Origin: an uncultured delta proteobacterium
Lineage (GTDB): Bacteria > Desulfobacterota > Binatia > UBA9968
Assembly (NCBI GenBank): GCA_963737905.1
Contig: CAVTUQ010000008.1
Location: forward strand, 199,982-263,981
Length of the DNA stretch: 64,000 nt
Direction of reading: 5' to 3'
Below the pieces are notes generated by a model. It had not been told where the DNA came from and made no database searches. It saw nothing but the letters and a program-made list of their open reading frames with translations. The position numbers were made by a program, and so were the translations under genes. Of this stretch, positions 39,268-49,903 are shown piece by piece; position 1 is the stretch's first letter; every line of letters begins with the position of its first letter.

Positions 39268-40314
39268 ATGAAGCCGGCTCTTCGGCTCGTACTCAACGAA
39301 AACTCACAAAATTCGGGCTCCCAACCGGTCTGGCCATCCGATGACGGCTTGCTTGACGCCTATTCCGCCGCGGTCACGACGGCGGCGGAGAAAGTCAGCC
39401 CGTCGGTAGTCAATATCGAGGTCAGGCATAGTCCCAATAGCCGCCAGGCGTCCCCGTCGCGCCGTCCTGCGGAGGTGCGAGGCAGCGGCTCCGGCTTTGT
39501 GTTTACCCCGGATGGCTTTATCTTGACAAACAGCCACGTCGTGCACGGAGCCAGCAAGCTCGGAGTTACGCTTTCGGACGGACGCAACTTCGAAGCGCGC
39601 CTGATCGGCGAAGATCCGGACACCGATCTGGCGATCATTCGCATCAACGGGGATAATCTCGTGCCCGCTGCCCTTGGCGACTCGAAATCGATCCGAGTGG
39701 GCCAATTGGTGGTAGCCATAGGAAATCCCTATGGCTTTCAGTGCACAGTAACCGCTGGAGTGGTCAGCGCGCTCGGCCGCTCGCTGAGGTCGCAATCGGG
39801 CCGGTTGATCGACGATGTCATCCAGACGGATGCGGCGCTGAACCCGGGTAACTCCGGCGGCCCCCTGGTAACCTCCCGCGGGGAAGTTATCGGGGTGAAC
39901 ACCGCGGTGATCCTGCCCGCACAGGGCTTGTGTTTCGCTACCGCGATCAATACCGCAAAGTTTGTCGCGGGTTTGCTCATACGGGATGGCAAGATCCGGC
40001 GAGGACATATCGGCGTCGCAGGACAAAACGTCGTGCTCCATCGCCGCCAGGTGCTGGCAAACAACCTCGCGGTCGCGAGCGGTGTCCTGGTGGCTTCCTT
40101 GGAATCGAAGGGCCCCGCCGAGCGCGCCGGCCTCAAAGAAGGCGACGTCATCGTTGCTTACGGCAAGCACCCGGTTTCGAGCATCGACGATCTTCATAGG
40201 CTCTTGACGGAAGAGCAAGTAGGAGCAAAGGTCGGATTGACGGTTCTGCGCGGCGGGGAAAAGACGATGCTGCAAGTGGTCCCTGAGGAATCCGCACGCT
40301 CGTCGCAAGCGTAG
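39268..40314 (+). CDS. HtrA/DegP-like serine protease with one PDZ domain
   Basis: TNSHVV, DTDLA, GNSGGPL catalytic triad; C-terminal PDZ; RBS AAGGAG before ATG 39268. Confidence 0.93.
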   Translation: MKPALRLVLNENSQNSGSQPVWPSDDGLLDAYSAAVTTAAEKVSPSVVNIEVRHSPNSRQASPSRRPAEVRGSGSGFVFTPDGFILTNSHVVHGASKLGVTLSDGRNFEARLIGEDPDTDLAIIRINGDNLVPAALGDSKSIRVGQLVVAIGNPYGFQCTVTAGVVSALGRSLRSQSGRLIDDVIQTDAALNPGNSGGPLVTSRGEVIGVNTAVILPAQGLCFATAINTAKFVAGLLIRDGKIRRGHIGVAGQNVVLHRRQVLANNLAVASGVLVASLESKGPAERAGLKEGDVIVAYGKHPVSSIDDLHRLLTEEQVGAKVGLTVLRGGEKTMLQVVPEESARSSQA

Positions 40315-40358
40315 CGATGACCTTATCGAGGGGAGCGGCTATCGGTACGCCGTTAACC

Positions 40359-41438
40359 TCATTCAGCTTCGGCGTCTACCTCAGCCTTGAGGCGCCGTTT
40401 GCGCGCAGCGTCCGCCAGGGTATCAAGCAGCGCGCGGCTCTCTTCCCAACCGATGCAGGCGTCGGTAATGCTCATGCCGTAAACCAATTCTCTGCCGGGT
40501 AAAAGATCTTGCCGACCGGCCTTTAGATGACTCTCGATCATGACACCGAAAATCCGTCCCTCGTCGTTCTCGATCTGACCGGCCACGCTGCGGCCGACTT
40601 CGACCTGCTTCTGTGGTTCTTTGCCGCTGTTGCCGTGGCTGAAGTCGATCATGATGCGCGCTGGGATGCCGGCTTCCGCAAGACTCTTGGCCGCCGAGTT
40701 TACGGTGGCTGCGTCGTAGTTCGGCTGTTTGCCGCCGCGCAAGATCACATGGCAATCCTCATTTCCGGCGGTCGATACGATCGCCGAATGACCGTCTTTT
40801 GTCACCGAAAGGAAATGATGCGGCGCCTGGGCGGCGCGAATGGCATCCACCGCGATTCTGATGTTGCCATCGGTGCCGTTTTTGAACCCAACCGGGCAAG
40901 ATAAACCGGAAGCGAGCTCCCGGTGAACTTGACTCTCCGTCGTGCGCGCTCCGATGGCCCCCCAGGAGACGAGGTCGGCGAGATACTGGGGTGTAATCAT
41001 GTCGAGAAATTCGGAGGCCGCCGGCATTCCGTTTTCGTTAAGATCGAGCATCAAGTGACGCGCGATTTGCAACCCCTCATTGATATGAAAGCTCCCATCG
41101 AGTTTGGGGTCGTTGATCAGTCCCTTCCATCCAACCGTGGTGCGCGGTTTTTCAAAATAGACGCGCATCACCACCAATAGATCCGGGGATAGCCGGTCCT
41201 TTGTTTCCTTGAGTTTGCCGGCATATTCTTTAGCGGCTCTCACGTCATGAATCGAGCACGGACCCATGATCACCAGCAAGCGGTCATCGGCACCATGCAG
41301 GATGCGGTGGATCGCCTGCCGCGTTTCATACACGGTCTTGGCGGCGTTTTGCGTGATGGGAAAATCCCGCAGTACGGCCGATGGCGGCAAAAGCTCTTTG
41401 ATCTCCCGGATCCGTAAATCGTCGGTTCTGTATTCCAT
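40359..41438 (-). CDS. aroG: DAHP synthase, class I-alpha
   Basis: GPCSIHD, RVYFEKPRTTVGWKG, IGARTTESQVHRELASG, DFSHGNS, SITDAC; which AroF/G/H feedback type it is cannot be resolved. Confidence 0.93.
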   Translation of the reverse strand: MEYRTDDLRIREIKELLPPSAVLRDFPITQNAAKTVYETRQAIHRILHGADDRLLVIMGPCSIHDVRAAKEYAGKLKETKDRLSPDLLVVMRVYFEKPRTTVGWKGLINDPKLDGSFHINEGLQIARHLMLDLNENGMPAASEFLDMITPQYLADLVSWGAIGARTTESQVHRELASGLSCPVGFKNGTDGNIRIAVDAIRAAQAPHHFLSVTKDGHSAIVSTAGNEDCHVILRGGKQPNYDAATVNSAAKSLAEAGIPARIMIDFSHGNSGKEPQKQVEVGRSVAGQIENDEGRIFGVMIESHLKAGRQDLLPGRELVYGMSITDACIGWEESRALLDTLADAARKRRLKAEVDAEAE

Positions 41439-41465
41439 CTCGGTCACTGTTGGTGCAAGGAAATT

Positions 41466-41493
41466 ATTATAGACCAAAATTGTTGGAAGTCTA
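41466..41493 (-). promoter_or_regulatory. Sigma70-like promoter for DAHP synthase
   Basis: Minus strand TAGACT-N16-TATAAT, about 28 bp upstream of the start. Confidence 0.45.
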
Positions 41494-41523
41494 AACGGTG
41501 CGGGGGCTTTGACTGACGGATTC

Positions 41524-42633
41524 TCAGTCGTTCGCATGCGAGTGTATTGCCGCAAGCTGTTCCGAGCGCACCCATTGCTTCAGAGGTTTGCCGTCCTCCA
41601 GGGCTTGAAGCTCGCGCTCCCAGATTTTACGGATGAGGATCAGAGCGCGATCTGAACGCCCCAGCCATTCTTTTTTTCTCAGCTCCACCGGGCCCTGGCC
41701 GACTTGCGTAGCATAGTCCTGTATCCAAACGATGTTCGAACGTTCCGGACCTTCGATGTCTTGAATGCGGATATCACCACGCAGGACCGCCTCGCCGATT
41801 TCAGTTGGCGAACGGCCGAGTTTTCCGGTTCTCGCTTTGTGCCGGTTCTTGTAGGCCTCGCCTTCGTCCCCCTCCAAAATATGTGTGACGTCCAGTTGGA
41901 AACTCGCATGGTTGTCGTCGTCTATCGGCACTCGCCAAGCCAGATGATCGCGATCACGTTCCCGGAAACACAGGATGTTGGGTAATCCATGTTGGGTGAT
42001 ATACAGACGTCCGCTGGGAAAGCGTGAGGTTAGGAGTACACCCCACTCGCTCTCCTCCACCGTGATATCCGGAATTTCGGGCGGGCGGTTCATGTAGAAT
42101 TCCGACTCCCGGTGCGTGAACGGAATGTGAATCGGATCGTTTTCCAGATTGTTGACGTAGTTGCACGGCCGGACGTAAGTCTCCGCCCAGAGCGTCTCTT
42201 TCTCGAAATCAGGATAACGGGGCAGGGGAGGCGGCTCGCCTTCGCCGAAGTAGACGAAGATCAACTTGAGATATTCTTGGGTGGGACAGCTGCGAATGTG
42301 AATTTTTTCTGCGAAGGATTCTTTCTCTGCCGGCTGCTCGACGCACTGTCCGGAGCTATCGAATTTCCAACCGTGAAATCTGCAGCGAATACAATCGCCC
42401 TCAACCCAGCCGACGGATAATTGCGTTTGGCGGTGCGGGCAGCGAAAGTCGACGACGTGCGGCGTGCCATCATCGCCGCGATAGAGCGTAAATTGTTCTC
42501 CCATGATTTTGATCGGCTTGGCCCAACCGGGCTTCAGATCTTCGGCGCGATAAATCGGGTGCCAAAATTTTCTCATGTAATGGCCCGCCAACGTGCCCGG
42601 CCCTGTGTAGTAAAAATCCATGAAATTAACCAT
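41524..42633 (-). CDS. Rieske non-heme iron oxygenase alpha subunit (phthalate 4,5-dioxygenase-like group)
   Basis: GPGTLAG.YMRKFWHP; CPHR...CRFHGW Rieske ligands; DPIH...TH and QD mononuclear Fe ligands. Confidence 0.9.
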   Translation of the reverse strand: MVNFMDFYYTGPGTLAGHYMRKFWHPIYRAEDLKPGWAKPIKIMGEQFTLYRGDDGTPHVVDFRCPHRQTQLSVGWVEGDCIRCRFHGWKFDSSGQCVEQPAEKESFAEKIHIRSCPTQEYLKLIFVYFGEGEPPPLPRYPDFEKETLWAETYVRPCNYVNNLENDPIHIPFTHRESEFYMNRPPEIPDITVEESEWGVLLTSRFPSGRLYITQHGLPNILCFRERDRDHLAWRVPIDDDNHASFQLDVTHILEGDEGEAYKNRHKARTGKLGRSPTEIGEAVLRGDIRIQDIEGPERSNIVWIQDYATQVGQGPVELRKKEWLGRSDRALILIRKIWERELQALEDGKPLKQWVRSEQLAAIHSHAND

Positions 42634-42654
42634 GACAATTCTCCCAACTATTAT

Positions 42655-42675
42655 AGTTCAAAGTTCAACGTTCAA
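42655..42675. repeat. Heptamer tandem repeat (NGTTCAA x3)
   Basis: agttcaa agttcaa cgttcaa. Confidence 0.65.
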
Positions 42676-42771
42676 GGTGAGTTGACCGTCCGGCCTCGTT
42701 GGTGCGCGGATTCCTTCGGCTTTAGACCCAACTCTTTCTCCGCTTCACGCAATGGGGTGCCGTCAGTGACT

Positions 42772-44187
42772 TCATTTAAAACCATATTCACTCCACTTTT
42801 TTTGCACCGCATCGATGTGTTGTTTGGGAACACGGGCGGCGGGGGGATAAGCATGCTTGCGGGTGGCGTCGATAAGAATCTTGCTTCCCGCTCGCCGTCT
42901 CGGATCGTGTTGAGGAATGTCCGGCGGTGCGGTGGAAGGGTCGACGCCCGATGGCACAACGCCATTCACTAGAAACGTATCCCGCTCAGGCTGCGCGCGA
43001 AAGCTCATCGCCCATTCCACCTGAAATGGATTGCGCACGTCGATATCATCATCGACAACGACGGTGAACTTGCCTTCTTTATTCATCAACGACCAGGCCC
43101 CCCAGGCGACCTCTTTGACCTGTTCCGGATATTCTTTAGCCATGGAGATAACCAACATGCTGCTGGCGCCGCCGCTTTCAGTGAAGTGGACGTCTCGCAC
43201 CGGTAAGCCGATGACATGGCGGAGATGGTGAAATAGCGCGGCGGAACGGCTCAGGCTCCGGATGCAGCTCGATTCGCTCGGCGGCATCTGGCTCAAGAAA
43301 GAGTGATAGACCGGCGCCCGCCTTCGCGTGATGCAGGCAACTTCAATCACTGGCTGTTGGCCGCCGGGGCTCATGTATCCTGAGAATTCCCCGAAAGGTC
43401 CTTCCTGTTCACGATAGCCGGAGCGCAAGAATCCCTCGATGACGATCTCAGCGTTGGCGGGAACGTCAAGCTCCACCGTCTCACATCGAACCAAAGGCAC
43501 GGGCTCGCCACGGAGTCCTCCGGCTATCGAAAGCTCATCGGTGCCGTAGGGGAACTTGCTGATGGACGCCAACACAATGGTAGGATCTACGCCAATGGCG
43601 ATGGCCACCGGCATATCTTGCTTCTGTGCCTCGTACTGCCGGATATGTTTGGCGGCGTGTTGGGCGGCACCGACGTACAAACCGAGCTGTCGCTGGCCTT
43701 TGATTTGTAGCCTGTAAGTGCCGACGTTACGCTGGCCGGTCTCAACATCTTTCGTGATAATGACCGGCGCGGTTATGTAGGGGCCGGGATCTAGGCCCGG
43801 AGTCCAGACCACGTGCGGTAAAATCCCGAGGTCAACTTCGGCGCCGCGCGCGATGACCTCTTTGCAAAGTCCCGTCTCTACGACAACAGGATCGATGGGA
43901 TGTCGCTGCCCTTTTTCCCAAACTTCAGAAATCTTGTCTGGGGTGGTCGCCAGAGCGAGCGCATAAATCATCGGCGAACCGCCGATCACGCCGATCACCA
44001 ACGGAAAGGGACTCTCCCCTACGTGGCGAAATCCCAACGCCGGTCGATCGTTCCAACCATACCAATCAAACAGATGCCTGGTGACGGCGGATACTTCCCA
44101 CGAAGGATCCACAGGTTTGTCGACCCAGTGGAGTTTTCCGCTGCTTTCTAAGCACCGCAAATAATCTTGTAAATCAGAATAGGCCAT
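42772..44187 (-). CDS. UbiD-family prFMN-dependent decarboxylase 1
   Basis: DPGPYIT, NVGTYR, EGPFGEFSGY, VVVDDDIDV.N...VEWAM, IDAT. Confidence 0.93.
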   Translation of the reverse strand: MAYSDLQDYLRCLESSGKLHWVDKPVDPSWEVSAVTRHLFDWYGWNDRPALGFRHVGESPFPLVIGVIGGSPMIYALALATTPDKISEVWEKGQRHPIDPVVVETGLCKEVIARGAEVDLGILPHVVWTPGLDPGPYITAPVIITKDVETGQRNVGTYRLQIKGQRQLGLYVGAAQHAAKHIRQYEAQKQDMPVAIAIGVDPTIVLASISKFPYGTDELSIAGGLRGEPVPLVRCETVELDVPANAEIVIEGFLRSGYREQEGPFGEFSGYMSPGGQQPVIEVACITRRRAPVYHSFLSQMPPSESSCIRSLSRSAALFHHLRHVIGLPVRDVHFTESGGASSMLVISMAKEYPEQVKEVAWGAWSLMNKEGKFTVVVDDDIDVRNPFQVEWAMSFRAQPERDTFLVNGVVPSGVDPSTAPPDIPQHDPRRRAGSKILIDATRKHAYPPAARVPKQHIDAVQKKWSEYGFK

Positions 44188-44399
44188 AGTTAAACTTGTG
44201 TCGCGTAGTCGGGGCAGTCAAACTCCTATTGGGACTTTCCATTCGTAAGCTGATCTAGTATATGGAAACCCTTGTCGATAGCGCTCAACGTTACTGGCGT
44301 GCAATACAATATGGTTTTACATTGTGTCAAGAACCTGCTTCCCCGACAGGTCGTGGCAAAGGAACAAATGCTGTAAATAAGTTAAAAGGAGGGTCATCT

Positions 44400-44744
44400 A
44401 TGGCGCGGATTCGTCACCTGGCTATTGTTTCGGAGGATCGAGAGAGACTTGTAGAATTCTATACCAAGGCGTTCGGCATGAAACAGATCGAAAGTACGGG
44501 CCCGGCAATATACTTGACGGACGGTTACATCAATCTGGCGCTTATCCAGAAAAGACCCCACAACAAGCAGGGGCTCTATCACTTCGGGTTTGTAGTTGAC
44601 GACATAGAAGCCCTGAAACCTCTTTGTAAGGAGTTGGGTGCCGCCTCTGACGTGGAAAGCCGACCTTTCCAAGCGGAGACCCGGGTGCACGACCCCGATG
44701 GAAATGGCGTCGATGTGTCAGTGAGGGGATGGCCGGTGGAATAA
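44400..44744 (+). CDS. VOC/glyoxalase family protein
   Basis: IRHLAI, FY..AFG, LTDGYINLA, GLYHFGF.V, DPDGN.VD; RBS AGGAGG. Confidence 0.88.
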   Translation: MARIRHLAIVSEDRERLVEFYTKAFGMKQIESTGPAIYLTDGYINLALIQKRPHNKQGLYHFGFVVDDIEALKPLCKELGAASDVESRPFQAETRVHDPDGNGVDVSVRGWPVE

Positions 44745-45727
44745 CAAAGTGGACAGACAGGAGGTATTTAATGTTCCTATGGCTGCTTGCCGTCATGCTT
44801 GCAACCGTTGCAGTTGCCGGCGATGCCCACAGCATCGATCGCGTGCGAATCGGGGTGTCCAACTACAATCTCTCGAACCTCACCGTCGGTGTTGCTCAGA
44901 CACGGGATTTCTTCAGACAAGAGGGCATTGACGCCGAAATCATTCGCATGAACCCCAACGTGGCGACGATGGCGCTGGTCAGCGGAGACGTCGGCTACAC
45001 GACCCTGATCGGCTCCGTCATCGGCGCTAACCTCAAGGGCGCACAACTGAAAATGATCGCCTGTTCCCAAGATCGGACGCCCTTGTCGTTGGTGGGCAAG
45101 GCGGAATTGAAGTCTGTCAAAGACCTGAAAGGCAGAACCATCGGGGTAGGTTCTTATGGCTCAACCCCTGACATAGTCGCGCGCATGATCGTCAAGCATT
45201 TTGGCGTTGACCCTGAAACAGAGATCAAAGTGCTCGCTCTCGGTTCAGACGCCGCCCGGCTTGCCGCGCTCAAAGAAGGGATAGTCGACGGAATCATCGT
45301 CGCGCCACCCGTGGATTTCGAGGGACAGAAGATGGGCTTTAACATTCTCAGCCGGGCCGGAGAGGTTTTCCGGTTTCCCTACAATGGTCTGGGTACCAGC
45401 GTCAGAAAAATTAGTGAAAACCCGGACGAGGTCAAAAGAGTTCTCCGCGCCATGATCAAAGCCAACGGTTTTATTCGCAAAAACAAAGAAGGAACTGTCC
45501 AGGTCTTGGTTGACTGGGCAAAGACAAAGCCTGAATTCGCCGCAGCCGCTTACGATTCCTCAGTGGGCGCTTTCAGCGCGGACGGGAGCATTCCGGAAGA
45601 CGGCCTCCGACTCGTCATCGCTAATTTTAAAAGATCGATGAACATCACGCGGCAGGTTTCGTTGAATGAAGTTGCCGATATCGCTCTGCTGGGTGAAGTG
45701 CAACGGGAGCTTGGATTGAGAAAATAG
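44729..45727 (+). CDS. NitT/TauT (NMT1/SsuA-like) substrate-binding protein
   Basis: Signal peptide; FF.QEGID.EII, LKG.TIGV, RLAAL..G.VD; the start could be 44771. Confidence 0.85.
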   Translation: MAGGITKWTDRRYLMFLWLLAVMLATVAVAGDAHSIDRVRIGVSNYNLSNLTVGVAQTRDFFRQEGIDAEIIRMNPNVATMALVSGDVGYTTLIGSVIGANLKGAQLKMIACSQDRTPLSLVGKAELKSVKDLKGRTIGVGSYGSTPDIVARMIVKHFGVDPETEIKVLALGSDAARLAALKEGIVDGIIVAPPVDFEGQKMGFNILSRAGEVFRFPYNGLGTSVRKISENPDEVKRVLRAMIKANGFIRKNKEGTVQVLVDWAKTKPEFAAAAYDSSVGAFSADGSIPEDGLRLVIANFKRSMNITRQVSLNEVADIALLGEVQRELGLRK

Positions 45728-45799
45728 TTTTCCGGCTTTTGGTCAATCCTGAGGGTCTTGGAGCCCATTGATTGATAGAGATGAAATTAGAGGCGTTTC

Positions 45800-46717
45800 T
45801 TGAAGGCCGCGGATTTTGAATATAACCGACCGCACCAGATCGACGAAGCGCTATTTTTGCTCAAGGAGTTCGGCGATGAGGGCAAGATTCTGGCCGGCGG
45901 CCAGAGCCTGATGCCGCTAATGAATTTTCGGCTAGCTCAGCCCGCCCATATCATTGATATCAACTTCATTGACGGGATGGACTACACGAGACGCGACAAG
46001 GGCGTCCTTAGGATCGGGTGCCTCGCGCGCCAATCCCGTCTGCTCGATAGTCGGATCATTATAGAACGCTGTCCGTTGCTGGCCGAGGCGCTGACCTATG
46101 TAGGCTATGAGCAGATCCGTAATCGCGGCACCTTGTGCGGCAGCCTGGCGCATGCCGATCCGGCGGCGGAGCTGCCGGCCGTGTTCCTCGCTCTGGATGG
46201 TTTTGTTACGGTTCAGAACCTCAAGACGAAGCGCGAAATTGCCGCGCGCGACTTCTTCAAATCGTACCTGACGACATCCCTTTCCAACGACGAGATGGTG
46301 TTAGAAGCGTCAATCCCGGAATCTCCACCTGGCGCCGGTTGGTCGTTTACGGAATTCGCTCGAAGGTTCGGCGATTTCGCCATTGTCGGCGTCGCGGTCC
46401 TGCTGGTGCGTGATCAGGAGAAGATTACCGATGCCCGGATTGCGTTGACGGGAGTCGGCGATAAACCGTGGCGCGAGTCTAATGTTGAACAAATGCTCGT
46501 CGGCCAAAAGGCGTCGACGGATTTGTTCGGAAAAGTTGGGACGGAGATCGCCGCGCGAATAAATCCGGTGGCTGACATACACGCCAGCGAATCTTACAGG
46601 CGATCTCTCGCAAGAGTGCTGACTCGGCGAGCGTTGACTGATGCGTGGGGCAAAGCGCAGAATTCGACGGTTAGCAAACTTCCTCTCCCTTTCCGCCAAA
46701 GGGGGATAATAGGCTGA
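45800..46717 (+). CDS. Molybdenum hydroxylase FAD-binding medium subunit (CoxM/CutM-like)
   Basis: LAGGQSLMPLMNFRLAQP, IRNRGTLCGSLAHADPAAE, RRFGDFA. Confidence 0.92.
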   Translation: MKAADFEYNRPHQIDEALFLLKEFGDEGKILAGGQSLMPLMNFRLAQPAHIIDINFIDGMDYTRRDKGVLRIGCLARQSRLLDSRIIIERCPLLAEALTYVGYEQIRNRGTLCGSLAHADPAAELPAVFLALDGFVTVQNLKTKREIAARDFFKSYLTTSLSNDEMVLEASIPESPPGAGWSFTEFARRFGDFAIVGVAVLLVRDQEKITDARIALTGVGDKPWRESNVEQMLVGQKASTDLFGKVGTEIAARINPVADIHASESYRRSLARVLTRRALTDAWGKAQNSTVSKLPLPFRQRGIIG

Positions 46718-46720
46718 GAC

Positions 46721-46794
46721 GGGAGAGGAATGAGGTGAGGGTGATTCTTTCTTAGCCCCTCACCCTGACCGCTCTCGCCGCAAGAGGAGAGGGG
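46721..46794. repeat. REP-like inverted pair (GGGAGAGG..GGTGAGGG / CCCCTCACCC..GAGAGGGG)
   Basis: Intergenic palindromic element; the same motif occurs at 54052-54071. Confidence 0.7.
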
Positions 46795-46851
46795 AAACGA
46801 TTTGCTCGAACACGGTTTTTTGAGAGCGGGCTTTTTATATCGGAACCAACG

Positions 46852-49800
46852 ATGACGTTGCAAAGAATACAACTGTCAATCAACGGTAGACCAGTGGAGA
46901 AAGAAGTCGAGACGAGGAAGAACCTGGCCGACTTTCTGCGTCACGATTTATCTTTGACCGGGACCCACGTCGGCTGCGAGCATGGCGTGTGTGGTAGCTG
47001 CACGGTGCTCTATAACGGCGAGCCCGTTCGGTCCTGTTTACTGCTCGCAGTGCAGGCGGACCGAGCCGAAATCATAACCGTCGAAGGTCTCGCTGAGAAT
47101 GGCGCTCTCAATTCTTTGCAACAAGCTTTCAAGAGACATCATGCTCTCCAGTGCGGCTTTTGCACTCCCGGCTTTCTCATGACTGCCACGGCGCTGCTGC
47201 GCAAGAGCGGCCCGCTCGATGAAACACAGGTGCGAAAAGCGGTTGCGGGAAATCTCTGCCGCTGCACTGGTTATCAAAATATCGTTGACGCCATCGTTGA
47301 GGCTTCCGGTGGCGAGATCCTTGAACGAGCTTCGGGCCAGCAATCGCATAGCTGCGCCTGCGCGGTTTATCGGCGCGCCGGTGGAGCGGGCGGAAGACAG
47401 CGAACTGTTGACCGGGAAAGGAGTGTTCGTCGATGACATCGATTTTCCTGGAATGCTGCACGCCTATGTTGTCAGAAGTTCTCATGCGCACGCGAAGATC
47501 CTCAACATCGACACCGGAGCGGCCAAACGGTCGCCGGGAGTCGTCGATGTTATTACCTTCTCCGATCTCGGCGCCGTCCGAAAGTTTCCTCTGACCATTC
47601 CGCATCCAAATCTGAAACCGCTCACGGAATTTCCCCTGGCCAAAGACAAGGTGCGCTATGTCGGCGAGCCGGTTGCGGTCATCGTTGCTACCAGCCGGCA
47701 ACTCGCCGAGGATGCGGCGCAACTGGTGCAAGTGGACTATGAACCCATGGCGCCTTGCGTGGACGTCGAGAAAGCGTTGTCGCCGGACGCGCCGCTGGTT
47801 CACGAAAGCGAAGCTGATAACGTCGGGGGATTCATGAAACAATCGACGGGCAACGTGGATAAGGCATTCGCCGAAGCGGACCACGTCATCAAAGAAACTT
47901 TGAGGGTTCATCGCGGCGGTTGCCACGCCATCGAAACCCGAGGCATCGTCGCGCAATACGAGCCCAAAGAAGGGTTTCTGACGATCTGGGCTTCGTGCCA
48001 GGGGCCGCACCGGATTCGCCGCACGCTTTTGCAGCTCATGGATATACCCGAATACAAAGTCCGAGTGATTGCGCCGCGCGTCGGCGGCGGTTTCGGTCCC
48101 AAGGGCGGCTTTTATCCGGAAAATTTTCTCGTGCCCTGGCTGGCTGTGCGCTTGGGCAATGCGGTCAAGTGGATTGAAGACCGCCACGAACATTTCATCG
48201 CCAGCCGCCAGGAGCGCGATCAAATTCACTGGGTCGAAGCTGCCTTCAACAAGGACGGAAAAATCTTGGCGCTCAAGAATTATTTCCTCTATGATACCGG
48301 CGCCTACAGCACGAGCCTCGTGGTTCCCTGGATCACTCTGGCGACGATTCCGGGACCTTACAAGATTCCCAATCTACAACTCGAGTTCAAAGCGGTCTAC
48401 ACCAATAAAGTCACGGCCATGGTCGTGCGTGGCGCGGGTAGACCGCAGGCCGCCTATGTGATGGAAAAAGTCATGGACCGGATTGCACGGGAGATCGATA
48501 TGGACCCGGCCGAAGTGCGCCGGCGAAACTTTATTCAGAAAAATGAATATCCCTATAGCGTTGGGATTCTCTATCGGGACAATAATCCCGCTGGAGTACG
48601 ACAGCGGCAATTATCCGGCCTGTCTGGAGAAGGCGCTGGAAATGATCGGTTACGAAGATTTCCGCAAATCACAGTTGAAATCGCGGAGTCACGGTGTTCG
48701 ACTTGGTGTCGGCATCGCAGCCTACGTCGAGGGAACAGGGTTCGGTCCCTATGAAGGCGGCAGCGTCAAAGTCGGGACCGACGGCAAGATTTATGTTTTT
48801 ACGGGCGCGGCGTCGCAGGGGCAGGGACAGGAGACGGCGCTCGGACAGATCTGCGCCGACTATCTTGGCGTTGACTTCGCCAATGTGCACGTAATCACCG
48901 GTGACAGCGCGGCGATTCCCCACGGTGTGGGCACCTTTGCGAGCCGGGTGATGGTCACGGCGGGCAATGCGATTGCGCAGGCGTCCGAGCAATTGCGAAG
49001 CAAGGCACTTGAATTGGCGGCGCACAAATTGGAGTGCCGCAGCGAAGATTTGGACTTAGTCAACGGTGAGATCTTCGTCAAGGGAACACCCGAAAAGAAG
49101 ATTTCGTTGCGCATGCTGGCCCATGAAGCAGCGAACCGCGTGTCGGGCTTCATGGTAGACCGAAGCGTCGAGCCAGGATTAGAGGCGACGGTTTATTATT
49201 CGCCGCGCCGCTCGACGCATTCCAATGGTGTTCACGTTGCCGTGGTGAAGGTCGATGAAGAAACCGGTCATGTGGAAGTGCAGCGCTATGCCGTCGCGCA
49301 TGATTGCGGCACCATCATCAATCCCATGCTGGTGGACGGGCAGATTCACGGCGGAGTGGCGCACGGCATCGGCAATGCGCTGTACGAAGAGGTGATTCAT
49401 GACGAGAACGGTCAGGTGTTAAACGCTAGTTATATGGACTACTATCTGCCCGGCGCAATGGAAGTGCCGCGGATGGACGTGGCGCACATCGAAACGCCGA
49501 CGCCGCTAAATCCACTGGGCTGCAAAGGGGCCGGGGAAGGCGGAACCATTCCCTCGCCGACTGCCGTGGCGCTGGCGATCGAAGATGCTCTGGCGGATTT
49601 AAAAGTGAAGGTGGACCGGATTCCGGTGAGTCCGGAAGTTTATTGAATTTGATCGAAAAGGCAAAACAACAGCCGGGTGATATGGCGAAACAACGAAGTG
49701 GGTACTTTTCTCCGCGTGTCTTGAAAACGTCGTCGACCAGGCGCCAAGCGGTGTCGCGGAAAAACCCTAAGTCGCGCGTAAAAAACGTGGCTGACCGGGG

Positions 49801-49897
49801 CATGATCAACAGCATCTTGAGACTTGAAGGGAGCACCGATTACATCACGATTACCATCGACGCGGTGGTGTGCGAGAAGGGTCAGTTTAAGATTTAG
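46852..49897 (+). CDS. Molybdenum hydroxylase [2Fe-2S] small subunit plus molybdopterin large subunit, probably fused; frameshifts near 47348, 48589 and 49640
   Basis: GCEHGVCGSC, QCGFCTPG, NLCRCTGY, then RFIGAPVER.ED, GGGFGPK, VVRGAGRP, SQGQGQET, GCKGAGEGG across successive frames; the true 3' end is uncertain. Confidence 0.8.
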
Positions 49898-49903
49898 GAA
49901 ATG

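Noticed and set aside
39304-40308. 334 aa minus-strand ORF
   Set aside because: Antisense shadow of the HtrA gene with no motifs of its own.
40359-44187. DAHP synthase + Rieske + UbiD as a biosynthetic cluster
   Set aside because: aroG appears to have its own TATAAT promoter and looks like a housekeeping gene; adjacency alone is weak evidence.
47177-48229. 350 aa minus-strand ORF
   Set aside because: Shadow of the molybdopterin subunit.
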